Shown piece by piece: positions 18,513 through 28,295 of a DNA stretch of 64,000 nt. The stretch lies in the IMG/VR virus record IMGVR_UViG_3300029305_003178, positions 96,001 to 160,000 of that record; one strand, written 5' to 3'. A program made the position numbers and the translations under genes. This DNA comes from a virus (lineage: Duplodnaviria > Caudoviricetes). Each line of letters starts with the position of its first letter. Positions within the stretch are counted from its first letter, which is position 1. The notes beneath the pieces were generated by a model, which had not been told where the DNA came from, made no database searches, and saw nothing but the letters and a program-made list of their open reading frames with translations.

Positions 18513-20099
18513 TTAAAATTTAGTAAATTCATATAAGGTTTGAATACCTTCATTTGTAGTAGTTCTCATATTATTAGCATTAATATCCAAAATATTTGCT
18601 TTAGACATCATTCTATCATAAGCTTCTTTATTAGCTTCTTGAGTAAATAAACCTTTAATAGAAACCTGGTCACCATCATAGTCGCCACCGAGGCCTTTAA
18701 GATATACATTACTCATTGTTACTGTATCAGTAAAGCTAATAGCTACTTCATCTGGATTCTTATCTAAATCTATTACTGGATAATGTTCATATACTCTACC
18801 ATTAATATATACCGGCATAGTATCTACAGTACTTAATACTGTAATCTGAGAAGGAAAACTACCAAAGTAGTCCAGAATAGGATATCTAGTCACATAGACC
18901 ATTTTATCAGCACAAACTTCTTCAGCTGCCTGATAAAATAAGTCACACCATGTAGCCGGTCTATCTATAATATTACTTTGTGAATCTGGATCAGTTTTTG
19001 AATAAACTTTACCAGTAAATGCAAAGTATAATTTTTTATTAGTTTTATTATTCTTAACAGGTAATTCTATTGGAATAAATCTATTAGAGAAAGAATGTAC
19101 AAAGTTATTCAATTCCTGTTTAATTTTATCTTCACTGAAATAATATTCTGGGTCATCCAATTCAACGAATTCCAAACTACCATCAGTTTTTCTAACAGGA
19201 TATTTATTACCAGTCTGCTCAAATTCTCTTCTAAAGAAATTTTTAACCCATGCTACAATGAATGGAGTAAACAAACTACAACATTGTGCAAGTGGAACAC
19301 CGGTATGGTAAAAATCTACCCTCATATCTTCAGGTCTTTCAGCATGGAAAGTAGGTGCAGAAATTACCGATCTACTACCATAGTCTTCTGATCTACCTAA
19401 CAGATTTTTTCTAATTAAACCTTCTTTTCGTTCGATTTTTCCTTTTATAAAATCATAAATATCAACTAATTGCTCTTGAATACTGGCCTTAGTTGTTTCT
19501 AAAACAAAATCAAATGTATTAGTATTTTTAGTAATACTACACAATCTAATTAATTTTGTATATTTTTCATTTAATTCATCTCTACTGGGAGCTTTACCTT
19601 TAGATGTATTCTGGAAGTTTACATCTCTATAGAAAGCTGGTATAACCACCCAATACTTTGTAAATATTACATTCTTTTTATATGCTTTAAGAACATCGAT
19701 TCGTTCTCCTCGCATCATACTATTATTTTTTTCAAAATTAAGTTTTTCCCAATTATCATAAAGAAATTGTATTCCCGTTTGACCTTTTTCTTCATCAACT
19801 ACGAGTTGACCATTGGTTATTACAAATTTCTTAGTTCCGTTTACAAGATGACTAAAATTTTTATTCATTCGTTTTAATAATTTATAAATAAATGGATTAA
19901 GATAATAGTCATTAAGACTTATATATGCAAAAGTTCTTTTTCGTTCTTTTACAGAAACACCAAAAATCTCTGTAGAGATTAATCCTCCTGGTGTAGGTAC
20001 TGAACCTCTAATAAATAACATTGGGTCTGTTACTTCTTTAAGGTCATTTACCTTGATGAACTCTTCTACATCATATAAATCAATAATCATAAATATCAC
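18513..20099 (-). CDS. multisubunit RNA polymerase beta' subunit, N-terminal catalytic part
   Basis: Catalytic loop LGGDYDGDQ (cf. NADFDGD), GLISTEIFG, KEGLIRKNLLGRSEDYGSRSVI, VTRYP; last gene of a cluster with baseplate genes, so possibly the virion RNAP. Confidence 0.92.
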   Translation of the reverse strand: MIFMIIDLYDVEEFIKVNDLKEVTDPMLFIRGSVPTPGGLISTEIFGVSVKERKRTFAYISLNDYYLNPFIYKLLKRMNKNFSHLVNGTKKFVITNGQLVVDEEKGQTGIQFLYDNWEKLNFEKNNSMMRGERIDVLKAYKKNVIFTKYWVVIPAFYRDVNFQNTSKGKAPSRDELNEKYTKLIRLCSITKNTNTFDFVLETTKASIQEQLVDIYDFIKGKIERKEGLIRKNLLGRSEDYGSRSVISAPTFHAERPEDMRVDFYHTGVPLAQCCSLFTPFIVAWVKNFFRREFEQTGNKYPVRKTDGSLEFVELDDPEYYFSEDKIKQELNNFVHSFSNRFIPIELPVKNNKTNKKLYFAFTGKVYSKTDPDSQSNIIDRPATWCDLFYQAAEEVCADKMVYVTRYPILDYFGSFPSQITVLSTVDTMPVYINGRVYEHYPVIDLDKNPDEVAISFTDTVTMSNVYLKGLGGDYDGDQVSIKGLFTQEANKEAYDRMMSKANILDINANNMRTTTNEGIQTLYEFTKF

Positions 20100-20448
20100 C
20101 CTCTTCGTCTAACTCATCTATAAGTGACATACTGACAATCAATGAATCATTATTAGTTGTTGTTTCTATTTCGCACCAACTATATTTTTCAATATTGAAT
20201 TTTTCAATTGAATCTAATATATCGCTTATATATTTGTTGTCACGGGTAATTATCGAGATATTTAATGATTCTGCATTAGGATCAATACAGAATATCTCAT
20301 CTATTTTCCGTAAATCTATTTTTTTAATTATCTTATAAAATAATTTAAATTTTTCATAATGGTATTCTATAATATCTTCGAATATAGAATAATCGGCTAA
20401 CTCAGATGAAGTTAGCCGATTAAATAATACAATCATATCATTAGCCAT
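20080..20448 (-). CDS. hypothetical protein
   Basis: 122-aa ORF, GAGG RBS, overlaps the RNAP start. Confidence 0.7.
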   Translation of the reverse strand: MANDMIVLFNRLTSSELADYSIFEDIIEYHYEKFKLFYKIIKKIDLRKIDEIFCIDPNAESLNISIITRDNKYISDILDSIEKFNIEKYSWCEIETTTNNDSLIVSMSLIDELDEEGDIYDY

Positions 20449-20528
20449 AGTTTGAACCTCGCCCTTTCTTATTTATATTTACATCGACAAGTGGGCTAAT
20501 TCAATCTCTTTATTAATTTCTTGGGAAG

Positions 20529-20798
20529 TTATAAATCTAAATTATCAAGATTAAATTGGTGTTGCTTTTGTTCTTCCAACAAACGTTTCTCCCTAACTTC
20601 TTTCATTAATAAAGCTTCTTTATATGATAAATTATATTTTAAATCATCCATTGTTATCTGACCTTTATATAGATTCAGCATTTGATCCATGAAACTATAA
20701 AAGGATTTTATTCGCTCATCGCTTCTAACGCTTGTCGATATTTGTGGAAAAGCAAGCTTTCGATATCGAATGTATAAGTTTCTGTGAAGTGACCACAT
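20529..20798 (-). CDS. small hypothetical protein (possible baseplate assembly partner; true start uncertain, perhaps ~20690)
   Basis: ORF overlapping the end of the upstream gene. Confidence 0.45.
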   Translation of the reverse strand: MWSLHRNLYIRYRKLAFPQISTSVRSDERIKSFYSFMDQMLNLYKGQITMDDLKYNLSYKEALLMKEVREKRLLEEQKQHQFNLDNLDL

Positions 20799-22315
20799 TT
20801 AGGACATCTAATATTCATGAAACCAAATTCAATATCCATATCTTCAAGCATATCTTCAGTAAATTTAGTGATAACTCTAATATCAATATCACTCAGATTA
20901 TAAATAACCTCAATGATTTCCATTGTAGTATCAATTTCAAAGTATGTTCCAGGTTCATCATCATCAGGAATATACATAGTTCTTACCAGTGTAGACATAA
21001 TTGCGGCTGCACCATATTTATCATCTTTAAGATTTGTCAGATCTTTAATAGATTTATTAACTAAATCATATGCAGACTGTACATAAATCTCAACAATAAT
21101 TTCAGATGCAGGAAGTTTGATCTTCTTAACTGTATTAACCAGTGCCTGTTCATGAACTTCTTTAGCATCTGCTTCATTGATAGAAGCATCTGCTGCTACC
21201 ATAATAGCATCTTTAAGTTTGTCAGACATATTTTCTACACGAATAAGAGATTTTGTAGAATAAGAATGTTTAAATTCTGTTTTACAATGTTCACATTTCA
21301 GAGGAATTGTATCATCATCAGGATATGTAGAACACAGAATACCATAGATTAATGTATTATAATCAGCGGATGCTGTACTGTGCATGAATGTGTTAAAATC
21401 CATTTCACCAATACTAGCACTCTGGATTTTGCTATGAAGCAAGCTCCATTTCATCTGTGCACTTCTTACTCTGTCTTCATCGTTATTAGCCAAGTTTGCT
21501 AATTCATAAGCAGAGCAACCCATCATATTAGCTGTATAACCAGATACAGGCAATACAACAGGAGTTACAATACCTTTATCAATATGGCGTTTAATAATAT
21601 TTCTAAGTTCTGATTTCTTTTTAACTTTCTTTGTTTTAATTGTATTCAGTTCAACTGTCTCAATTTCTTCCAATTTAATCTTCTTTACAGTTTCAAGTTT
21701 TTCTCTTTCTTCATCTGTAAAGTTAATTGTCTGACCAAAACCAGTTTTATCAATAAGAATTACTGCTTCATCATATTTAGCATCAAATTCTTTTTTTCTT
21801 TCATCATCATTTTCTGTTCTTACGATAATGTCATCTTCTTCAGCCTGTGTGATTTCATTTTCTTCAACGATTTCATCATGCTGTTCTTTAAGAATGTCAA
21901 TCTCTTCATCCATCTGTGCAAGATAATCATCAATAGAAGATCTACTTTCAGGTGTAATATAACCAGTATTCTGAGGAACAGCCTCATCCAGATTATTAGT
22001 TAATTCATCCTGTGAAATAACTAAGCCGGGGCCTGTATATCTAGATGGAGTATCATTAGGCTCAACTGGAGGAACCCATTCTTCAGGTGTATAAATCAGT
22101 TCAGTTTCAGGAACTGTAGATGTTGGTTCATAGTAATGCTCTACTGTATTTTTGTTGATTGGTGTATTTTGATGCAGCCAATCAGATCCAATTGGAGCTG
22201 TATCTGCATCAGATACATCGGAAGATGTAGCTGGAGTAGGCATAACGGGAGCCTGTTTTTGTGCTTCCATTAGGCGTCTAACTTCATCAAAATTAATATT
22301 ATTATTATTGCTCAT
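20708..22315 (-). CDS. putative baseplate hub assembly protein (T4 gp26-like C-terminal domain)
   Basis: Disordered acidic/Pro N-terminus; C-terminal CEHC and CPKC pairs; IKLPASEIIV motif; adjacent to gp25-like gene. Confidence 0.5.
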   Translation of the reverse strand: MSNNNNINFDEVRRLMEAQKQAPVMPTPATSSDVSDADTAPIGSDWLHQNTPINKNTVEHYYEPTSTVPETELIYTPEEWVPPVEPNDTPSRYTGPGLVISQDELTNNLDEAVPQNTGYITPESRSSIDDYLAQMDEEIDILKEQHDEIVEENEITQAEEDDIIVRTENDDERKKEFDAKYDEAVILIDKTGFGQTINFTDEEREKLETVKKIKLEEIETVELNTIKTKKVKKKSELRNIIKRHIDKGIVTPVVLPVSGYTANMMGCSAYELANLANNDEDRVRSAQMKWSLLHSKIQSASIGEMDFNTFMHSTASADYNTLIYGILCSTYPDDDTIPLKCEHCKTEFKHSYSTKSLIRVENMSDKLKDAIMVAADASINEADAKEVHEQALVNTVKKIKLPASEIIVEIYVQSAYDLVNKSIKDLTNLKDDKYGAAAIMSTLVRTMYIPDDDEPGTYFEIDTTMEIIEVIYNLSDIDIRVITKFTEDMLEDMDIEFGFMNIRCPKCGHFTETYTFDIESLLFHKYRQALEAMSE

Positions 22316-22328
22316 TATTATTTACCCC

Positions 22329-22754
22329 CTAGGAATTTTTAACCAGATTAATCAATGAATAATCTGCTGTAACCTTATCTTTATCTTTTTTAAACCCTAT
22401 AGTTATATCAGTATTAGATGATCCTGTTCTTAAAGGAATATTCAATACTAATAATGGTTGTTCTTCATATTCGATAACAGCCATAAACATATTAGCTATA
22501 TCGATATAATTTGTTAATGGTGAACACTGTGCACGGATTTCAGTTAAAATATCACTAGTATCCAGTTCAGTGTCAAATTTATATAAATATTTATTTATAT
22601 CTATACCAACGTGTGGCATTCCAGGCAATTGCCCAGGTCTTAAAAAAAGAATATTAATTATCATCTGTGCGATAGTTTCATCCAGTGATAACATTTTTTG
22701 GTTTTTAAAATTATCTAAACCAAAATTTAGTTCTCGCTTAACATTTACTGCCAA
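22329..22754 (-). CDS. baseplate wedge / sheath initiator (gp25-like)
   Basis: IINILFLRPGQLPGMPHVGIDINKYLY resembles the gp25 family signature. Confidence 0.65.
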   Translation of the reverse strand: MAVNVKRELNFGLDNFKNQKMLSLDETIAQMIINILFLRPGQLPGMPHVGIDINKYLYKFDTELDTSDILTEIRAQCSPLTNYIDIANMFMAVIEYEEQPLLVLNIPLRTGSSNTDITIGFKKDKDKVTADYSLINLVKNS

Positions 22755-22878
22755 TCACTATCACCTACTTTAGTTATTATTTTTAAATATATGTGTTTTC
22801 AGTAATATTAAATTTCCATATAAATTCTTTATGTAAACATTATCTTAATAATGAATAATATGAAAGGGTGATACACAC

Positions 22879-23709
22879 ATGGTTAAAAACGAAGTTGCTG
22901 CGTATTTAATTATGGAAAATACCACAGATCCAGTTAAACCTAAAAATATTCAGGTATTTGATAAGAATAACCTGTTTTATCTTAGATTTGATACAGTATT
23001 GCAGACATTCAATACTAAAAATAGAAACGGTAGAATTTATGCTGGTAATGCTATGATTCCCTCATTACAGGCAGAACACTTACAAGAATTAATGAGAAAA
23101 AAATCTTGGTTCGGCGAAGCTGGTCATCCCTCTACAGACGACATTAAACGTATCTTAACTATTGACCCTAAACTTATGTCCCATAAGATGGTTAATATTG
23201 ATGTTAATAGTAATATGTGTAGAGGTACTATTGAAACATTAGATGATGATGCGTATGGTCGTATGATGACAAAAGCAATTCTTCAGGGTATGGAACCAGC
23301 ATTCTCATTAAGAGCATTAGCATCTTTAGTTAAAAAACCTAATGGTGATCAGGTTGTTCAGTCTAAAGCTCATGTTGTTACTTATGACTGGGTAATTCTT
23401 CCTAGCCATAAAGAAGCTTATAGAGATGAAAGTAAACCTATTCAGAAAATTGTAACACAGATTGGTGTTGATGGTAATACAGTTAAAGAATCGATGTTAC
23501 CAGTACATGAATCTATGATTAAAGAATTAGTTTCTTACGAATCCAAAAATGTTAAACTGATTTCTAATGTCTGTGAAGTAGCATTAGAATCTATGCAGTT
23601 ATCTGAGGATCTTAGAAATGTGGTTCTTAAAGAAGGTAATCGAACATATATCGTTCCTCTGGAAGAAAAAATTAAACATGATATCCATCACTATATGAGA
23701 GGTTTATAA
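22879..23709 (+). CDS. prohead core protease (T4 gp21-like)
   Basis: NRNGRIY, GEAGHP, FSLRALA, TYDWVILPSH motifs; late promoter 22836-22847. Confidence 0.88.
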   Translation: MVKNEVAAYLIMENTTDPVKPKNIQVFDKNNLFYLRFDTVLQTFNTKNRNGRIYAGNAMIPSLQAEHLQELMRKKSWFGEAGHPSTDDIKRILTIDPKLMSHKMVNIDVNSNMCRGTIETLDDDAYGRMMTKAILQGMEPAFSLRALASLVKKPNGDQVVQSKAHVVTYDWVILPSHKEAYRDESKPIQKIVTQIGVDGNTVKESMLPVHESMIKELVSYESKNVKLISNVCEVALESMQLSEDLRNVVLKEGNRTYIVPLEEKIKHDIHHYMRGL

Positions 23710-23758
23710 TAACAAAAAAAGACAGTAGAGAATTTTCTCTACTGTCTTGATTTATTTG

Positions 23759-24145
23759 TTACAACAAATATTCATGAAGCAACTTGATAGTTTCCCGATC
23801 TTTATCTCTATTCATAGACTTATAAAGTTCAAGAAGCTCGGACGCTTTCTCAACGTTGATACCGTAAACCCTATTAGTATTTCTACTTTCAGTTTCGTAG
23901 AATTCGATAAGTCCTGTTGAGACCAAATTGTACTTTTTACCACCTAATGGTGTTGTTTCTGGCTTGATACCGAGATGTTCTAAATGTTCAGACACTTCTT
24001 TTGTACCACAGATATCCAGATCTCGACAGCTGTCAACGATACCATATAAAACCATAGCAGCTTTATAGGATACCCACCAACAGTTTTTTGGAAGCACACC
24101 ATTTAAATCATCACATAAGTTAATGATATCTCTTTTTGTATACAT
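23759..24145 (-). CDS. nucleotidyltransferase-fold protein
   Basis: SYKAAMVLYGIV..CRDLDI and C-terminal REKD-like RDKD motif; own early promoter 24193-24202. Confidence 0.6.
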   Translation of the reverse strand: MYTKRDIINLCDDLNGVLPKNCWWVSYKAAMVLYGIVDSCRDLDICGTKEVSEHLEHLGIKPETTPLGGKKYNLVSTGLIEFYETESRNTNRVYGINVEKASELLELYKSMNRDKDRETIKLLHEYLL

Positions 24146-24267
24146 AAATATCCCTCCTGTAAAATTATATTATGTTTTTATATATCACTATAATAATATA
24201 TAAATATACTAAATTAAAATACGAAAAAAAAGAAGTGTATAGAAGCTGGCCTATACACTTCTTAAAT

Positions 24268-24570
24268 TTATTTTCTAATCTTTTTATAAATTTCCATGCT
24301 GATAGTAGGACTAAGATTATTATTGGAGAAACTTTCAAATACTGTTACTGTAATTATCGGTCTACCATTAATAATATACATACCAATAGTCATATCATCA
24401 TTTTCCCATTTAATATTATTATTAAGTAAATCTGCATGCTCTCTAGATAATACTAAGCAACATTTATTAATGATATCCATTTCTTTGCCGGAAACTTTTT
24501 TATAATTTTCTTTAGTAGTCTTAATAGAATGGTTTATCTTATTTATAAGATATTCTCTTTCAAAATTCAA
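24268..24570 (-). CDS. hypothetical protein
   Basis: 100-aa ORF in operon with the AAA ATPase. Confidence 0.55.
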   Translation of the reverse strand: MNFEREYLINKINHSIKTTKENYKKVSGKEMDIINKCCLVLSREHADLLNNNIKWENDDMTIGMYIINGRPIITVTVFESFSNNNLSPTISMEIYKKIRK

Positions 24571-24725
24571 AATTTATCACCCTTTACAAGTCTTACTCTA
24601 GTACGTTTTTGACGCTTGGTCACCTTTCCTCTAGGAGATCTATTTTCCCAAGCTTCTTTAAATTTTTGATCGTTATCACATCTTTTTTTAATATGATCTT
24701 TTATACTAATATAATTAGTCATCTT
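24567..24725 (-). CDS. small basic hypothetical protein
   Basis: Short ORF coupled to the AAA gene stop (MTNYISIKDHIKKRC...); start uncertain. Confidence 0.45.
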   Translation of the reverse strand, partial: KMTNYISIKDHIKKRCDNDQKFKEAWENRSPRGKVTKRQKRTRVRLVKGDKF

Positions 24726-26100
24726 CATACATATCATCCTCATTATACTCATCAAATCTTCTAGTATTTAAAGACTGTTTATATTTATTATGAGATTCTG
24801 TATGTTTTTCTTTACTATCCATAAGAAGTTTGCTACATGTTTTTACAGCTTCCTCAATAGTTTTAGAAGACTCAAGATCCTTAACTAATTCCATCTTTAC
24901 AGAAAGAATCAATTCTTTAAGATTCGCCATAGACATGTTTTCACTATATTTAGTAAACATATCAATCACATTTAATGTATTTTCAGGATCATCGGAAAGT
25001 CTAAACTCTTTAAGAATTTCGCTCACATTATGATTTTCAAAATACATTTTACGAACTTTCTCAGATGGATTACCAATTTCAAAAGTTCGATCGAATCTAC
25101 CGGATCTATTCATAAATGCAGGGTCAATTTTATCAGGATAGTTTGTAGAGCCGATAAAATAGATACCGGATTTACTATCTACACCATCAAGGATATTAAG
25201 AAATTCAGATCTGTTATAAGATGTGATTAAAGAATCAATATCTTCAATAACAATAATAGCTTCTTTGCCATCCAGTTTATCTACTAAAGAAGATAAAATT
25301 TCTGTAACATTTCTTGTTCCAGGACTGATAATAATTTTAATAATCTTTTTAGGAAGAACACGAATGATTTCTCTAATCATTGCAGACTTACCATTACCAG
25401 GATCACCATAGATGATAATACCTCTTTTATAAGGAATATCAATTGTTTTATACATCTTCTTAGTTTCTTTAGTAAAGAACAATTCGATATCACTCATTAC
25501 AGTATAAATCTGAGATTCTTTATCGAAAATAAGATTCTCATTTTTAACTTTCTTTTTAATTACATCTACAGGGGGACCTTCAGATCTTCTTTTAACAGAT
25601 GGAATAATCTCAAAATACTGATTCTTTTCTGTTGGTTTAAACTCAACTGATGAAAACATATTAACCGCATCCTCAAACTGAATATAATTCTTTGCCTTAG
25701 TGATAAACTTTTTAAAATTATCCTGAGATACAATAAACATACAATGATATGAACCATAGGACGTTCCAGTATAAACTACAATAGAATTAATTTTTTCAGA
25801 AATAGCTACTTTCTGGAAATAATCCATATCAGTTGGAATATCAGTCTCACTATACTGATCAGGCTTAGGAAAATATCCAGGATAATCATCCATACTACCA
25901 ATATTTTTAAATTTGAATTCTTTCAGAATATTTGCTAATACTTCTTTAGAATAAATATAGATATTGATCTTTGCAGAATTTTCTTCATACACACCAATAT
26001 CATAATCCATACATAGACGTTCGTCTACTAATTCAAACATCCCATTTATGATTGCGGGAGATGCGACATTTAACATAAAAATCCTTCCTTTCATAATCAA
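24715..26100 (-). CDS. AAA+ ATPase
   Basis: Walker A GDPGNGKS, Walker B VIEDID, SRH region STNYPDKIDPAFMNRSGRFDR; likely start ATG 26076; early promoter 26128-26137. Confidence 0.9.
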   Translation of the reverse strand: MIMKGRIFMLNVASPAIINGMFELVDERLCMDYDIGVYEENSAKINIYIYSKEVLANILKEFKFKNIGSMDDYPGYFPKPDQYSETDIPTDMDYFQKVAISEKINSIVVYTGTSYGSYHCMFIVSQDNFKKFITKAKNYIQFEDAVNMFSSVEFKPTEKNQYFEIIPSVKRRSEGPPVDVIKKKVKNENLIFDKESQIYTVMSDIELFFTKETKKMYKTIDIPYKRGIIIYGDPGNGKSAMIREIIRVLPKKIIKIIISPGTRNVTEILSSLVDKLDGKEAIIVIEDIDSLITSYNRSEFLNILDGVDSKSGIYFIGSTNYPDKIDPAFMNRSGRFDRTFEIGNPSEKVRKMYFENHNVSEILKEFRLSDDPENTLNVIDMFTKYSENMSMANLKELILSVKMELVKDLESSKTIEEAVKTCSKLLMDSKEKHTESHNKYKQSLNTRRFDEYNEDDMYEDD

Positions 26101-26200
26101 TTAATGATTTAACATTATGTCAAACCAATAATATATATTTATTTTTATGATTAGATTGCTATAAAAACATTATAGTAAATCTAAGAGAGGTGATTTATAA

Positions 26201-26926
26201 ATGAATATATCACAGTTATTAACATCCATTAAAATGGATCTTGGTATATATGCATTAAGACTTCCATTTGATAATTCAGATACACAATTAATGGAAGTTA
26301 TTAAATTAAAAACATTAAAAACATTCAGTGCGTTCTATCCACAGGTTACTACTATTTCAGTAGACTTAGCAACTGATTTAGAGGCAATAAAAGAAGAATA
26401 CACTGAATCATGTTATGTATTACCGGATTGGTTTGGTGGTAGAGAAATCATGTGGATCAATAATATTACTCCAAAAAGTAAATTATTGGGTAATGGTTAT
26501 ATTGCTCCAGTATTTGATGGTAGTGCAGAAACTTATAATATGATGATGATGACACAGGCAAATGCTAACTTAGCGTCTGTTGCTGCACCTCCAATCACAT
26601 TTAAATTTGAAGCACCTAATAAATTATATTTATATAATATGGCAACAGCATATGGTAAAATAGATTTAGAAATAGCTGTGGCACATGCTGATAATTTATC
26701 TACTATCCCAAATACAGCTTGGGAAACATTTTATGAATTGGCATTATTGGATATTAAACGATTCTTGTATAATGCTATGAAACACTATACAGATATTCAG
26801 ACAGCATACGGCACAATTCAACTTAAAATAGATGATTGGCAATCCGCTGAATCTGAAAGAAAAGAACTTATTGAAAGACTTAGAGATATTTATCATCTTG
26901 AAGTCACACCACTGTTTATTATTTAA
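26201..26926 (+). CDS. putative neck/head-completion protein
   Basis: Late promoter 26166-26177; size and C-terminal pattern (KHYTDIQTAYGTIQL..W..AE.ERKEL) resemble myophage neck proteins; inference. Confidence 0.5.
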   Translation: MNISQLLTSIKMDLGIYALRLPFDNSDTQLMEVIKLKTLKTFSAFYPQVTTISVDLATDLEAIKEEYTESCYVLPDWFGGREIMWINNITPKSKLLGNGYIAPVFDGSAETYNMMMMTQANANLASVAAPPITFKFEAPNKLYLYNMATAYGKIDLEIAVAHADNLSTIPNTAWETFYELALLDIKRFLYNAMKHYTDIQTAYGTIQLKIDDWQSAESERKELIERLRDIYHLEVTPLFII

Positions 26927-26941
26927 GGGGGTATATTATTT

Positions 26942-27388
26942 ATGGGAGATTTACAACATTTATATTCAGAACTTATTCTTGTGCATCATAATTTAAGAAT
27001 GTTGCATTGGAATGTGTATGGTGAAGGATTCGATAAAGCTCATGAAAAATTCGATGATTATACCAAAAAAATTAATGAATTTATTGATGAAATTGCTGAA
27101 ATAATGAAAATTGAATCAATTGAACCATTAGATTTATTATCTGCATTAAAATTATTAGATGATGATGAACACACTGATATAGTATATATCAAAACAGGTG
27201 CTAGCTTTACATCATCAGCAGCATTTATTATATTGGGCGATATGTTTATGAGTTTATTGAATACATATAGATCTATATCTAATATGACATCCGATATTCA
27301 AGGAAAACTTGATGAGCATATGTATTATTTAAGATTAGAATTAAGATATAAAAATAATATGAGAACTGGCGGTCCAGATAAATTATAA
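26942..27388 (+). CDS. dps: Dps/ferritin-like DNA protection protein
   Basis: LHWNVYGEGFDKAHEKFDD...IDEIAE ferroxidase-centre pattern. Confidence 0.8.
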   Translation: MGDLQHLYSELILVHHNLRMLHWNVYGEGFDKAHEKFDDYTKKINEFIDEIAEIMKIESIEPLDLLSALKLLDDDEHTDIVYIKTGASFTSSAAFIILGDMFMSLLNTYRSISNMTSDIQGKLDEHMYYLRLELRYKNNMRTGGPDKL

Positions 27389-27428
27389 TATAGAGAGAAT
27401 GACAATTGTCATTCTCTCTATTTTTTTT

Positions 27429-27782
27429 TTAAACTATTTCAACATCATCTTTATTAGCTACCAATACTACTAATTTTGCTAATTTAGTACCAGTTGGAAC
27501 TGTTCTATCACCTGCAGTATTTGTAACTGTGACCGTAATAACTTTTTTAGTAGATGCATCAACAATGTCATTATTTGTACATACTAAACTAGGGGCTTCA
27601 TCAGATGCTTTAATAAGACCAATAATACCTTGATCAAATTGTGGTATAACCCCAGTTGAAATTGTTGCTGTTTCTCCTTTATTCATATAAGTCGATTCTG
27701 CAGCATATAAATTAAGTGCGGCACACTCTTCTGTAGTATAGTCTGGTTTTCGCCCACCTCTTAGTTTAAATTTAATACTCAT
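27429..27782 (-). CDS. dUTPase-fold protein, catalytic motifs degenerate
   Basis: Trimeric dUTPase scaffold (P.Y.T..AA.NLYAAE, GETATISTG, GLI, IVD, GTKLAKLVV) but motifs I-IV altered and motif V missing. Confidence 0.7.
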   Translation of the reverse strand: MSIKFKLRGGRKPDYTTEECAALNLYAAESTYMNKGETATISTGVIPQFDQGIIGLIKASDEAPSLVCTNNDIVDASTKKVITVTVTNTAGDRTVPTGTKLAKLVVLVANKDDVEIV

Positions 27783-27784
27783 TA

Positions 27785-28282
27785 TTATTCACTACCTTTA
27801 TCAATATATTTTGATATATTTTTATAAAAATCGATAATACCTTTTGCCATAATATCACAAGAATTATTAAATGGATTATCTGCATGTCCTTTAACATGAT
27901 ATATATTAACATCATGAAATTCTATTAATTTAATAAATCTTTTCCATAAATCTTGATTTGCAACAGGTTCTTTATTGGAATTTAACCAACCATTTCTATT
28001 CCAATTAATATACCATTTTTGTTTAAAGCAATTTGCTACATATGCTGAATCTGTATACAAATCTATTTTCTGTTTACCAAAGAAATAAGAAAGTGCAGAA
28101 ATAACTGCACTTAACTCCATTCTCTGATTAGTTGTATTGGGTTCATATCCATTTAATGTTATGATATGATCTTTATCTCTAATTATTAATACAGACCATC
28201 CACCATCACCACCAGGATTAGATGTACAAGAACCATCTGTAAAAATAATTATTCTATCAGATACTTTTAATTTTCCGCTCAT
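27785..28282 (-). CDS. rnhA: ribonuclease HI
   Basis: FTDGSC..NPG, TTNQRMEL, YTDSAY, VANQDLW, HVKGHAD..N..CD. Confidence 0.95.
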   Translation of the reverse strand: MSGKLKVSDRIIIFTDGSCTSNPGGDGGWSVLIIRDKDHIITLNGYEPNTTNQRMELSAVISALSYFFGKQKIDLYTDSAYVANCFKQKWYINWNRNGWLNSNKEPVANQDLWKRFIKLIEFHDVNIYHVKGHADNPFNNSCDIMAKGIIDFYKNISKYIDKGSE

Positions 28283-28295
28283 ATAAATCTCTCCA

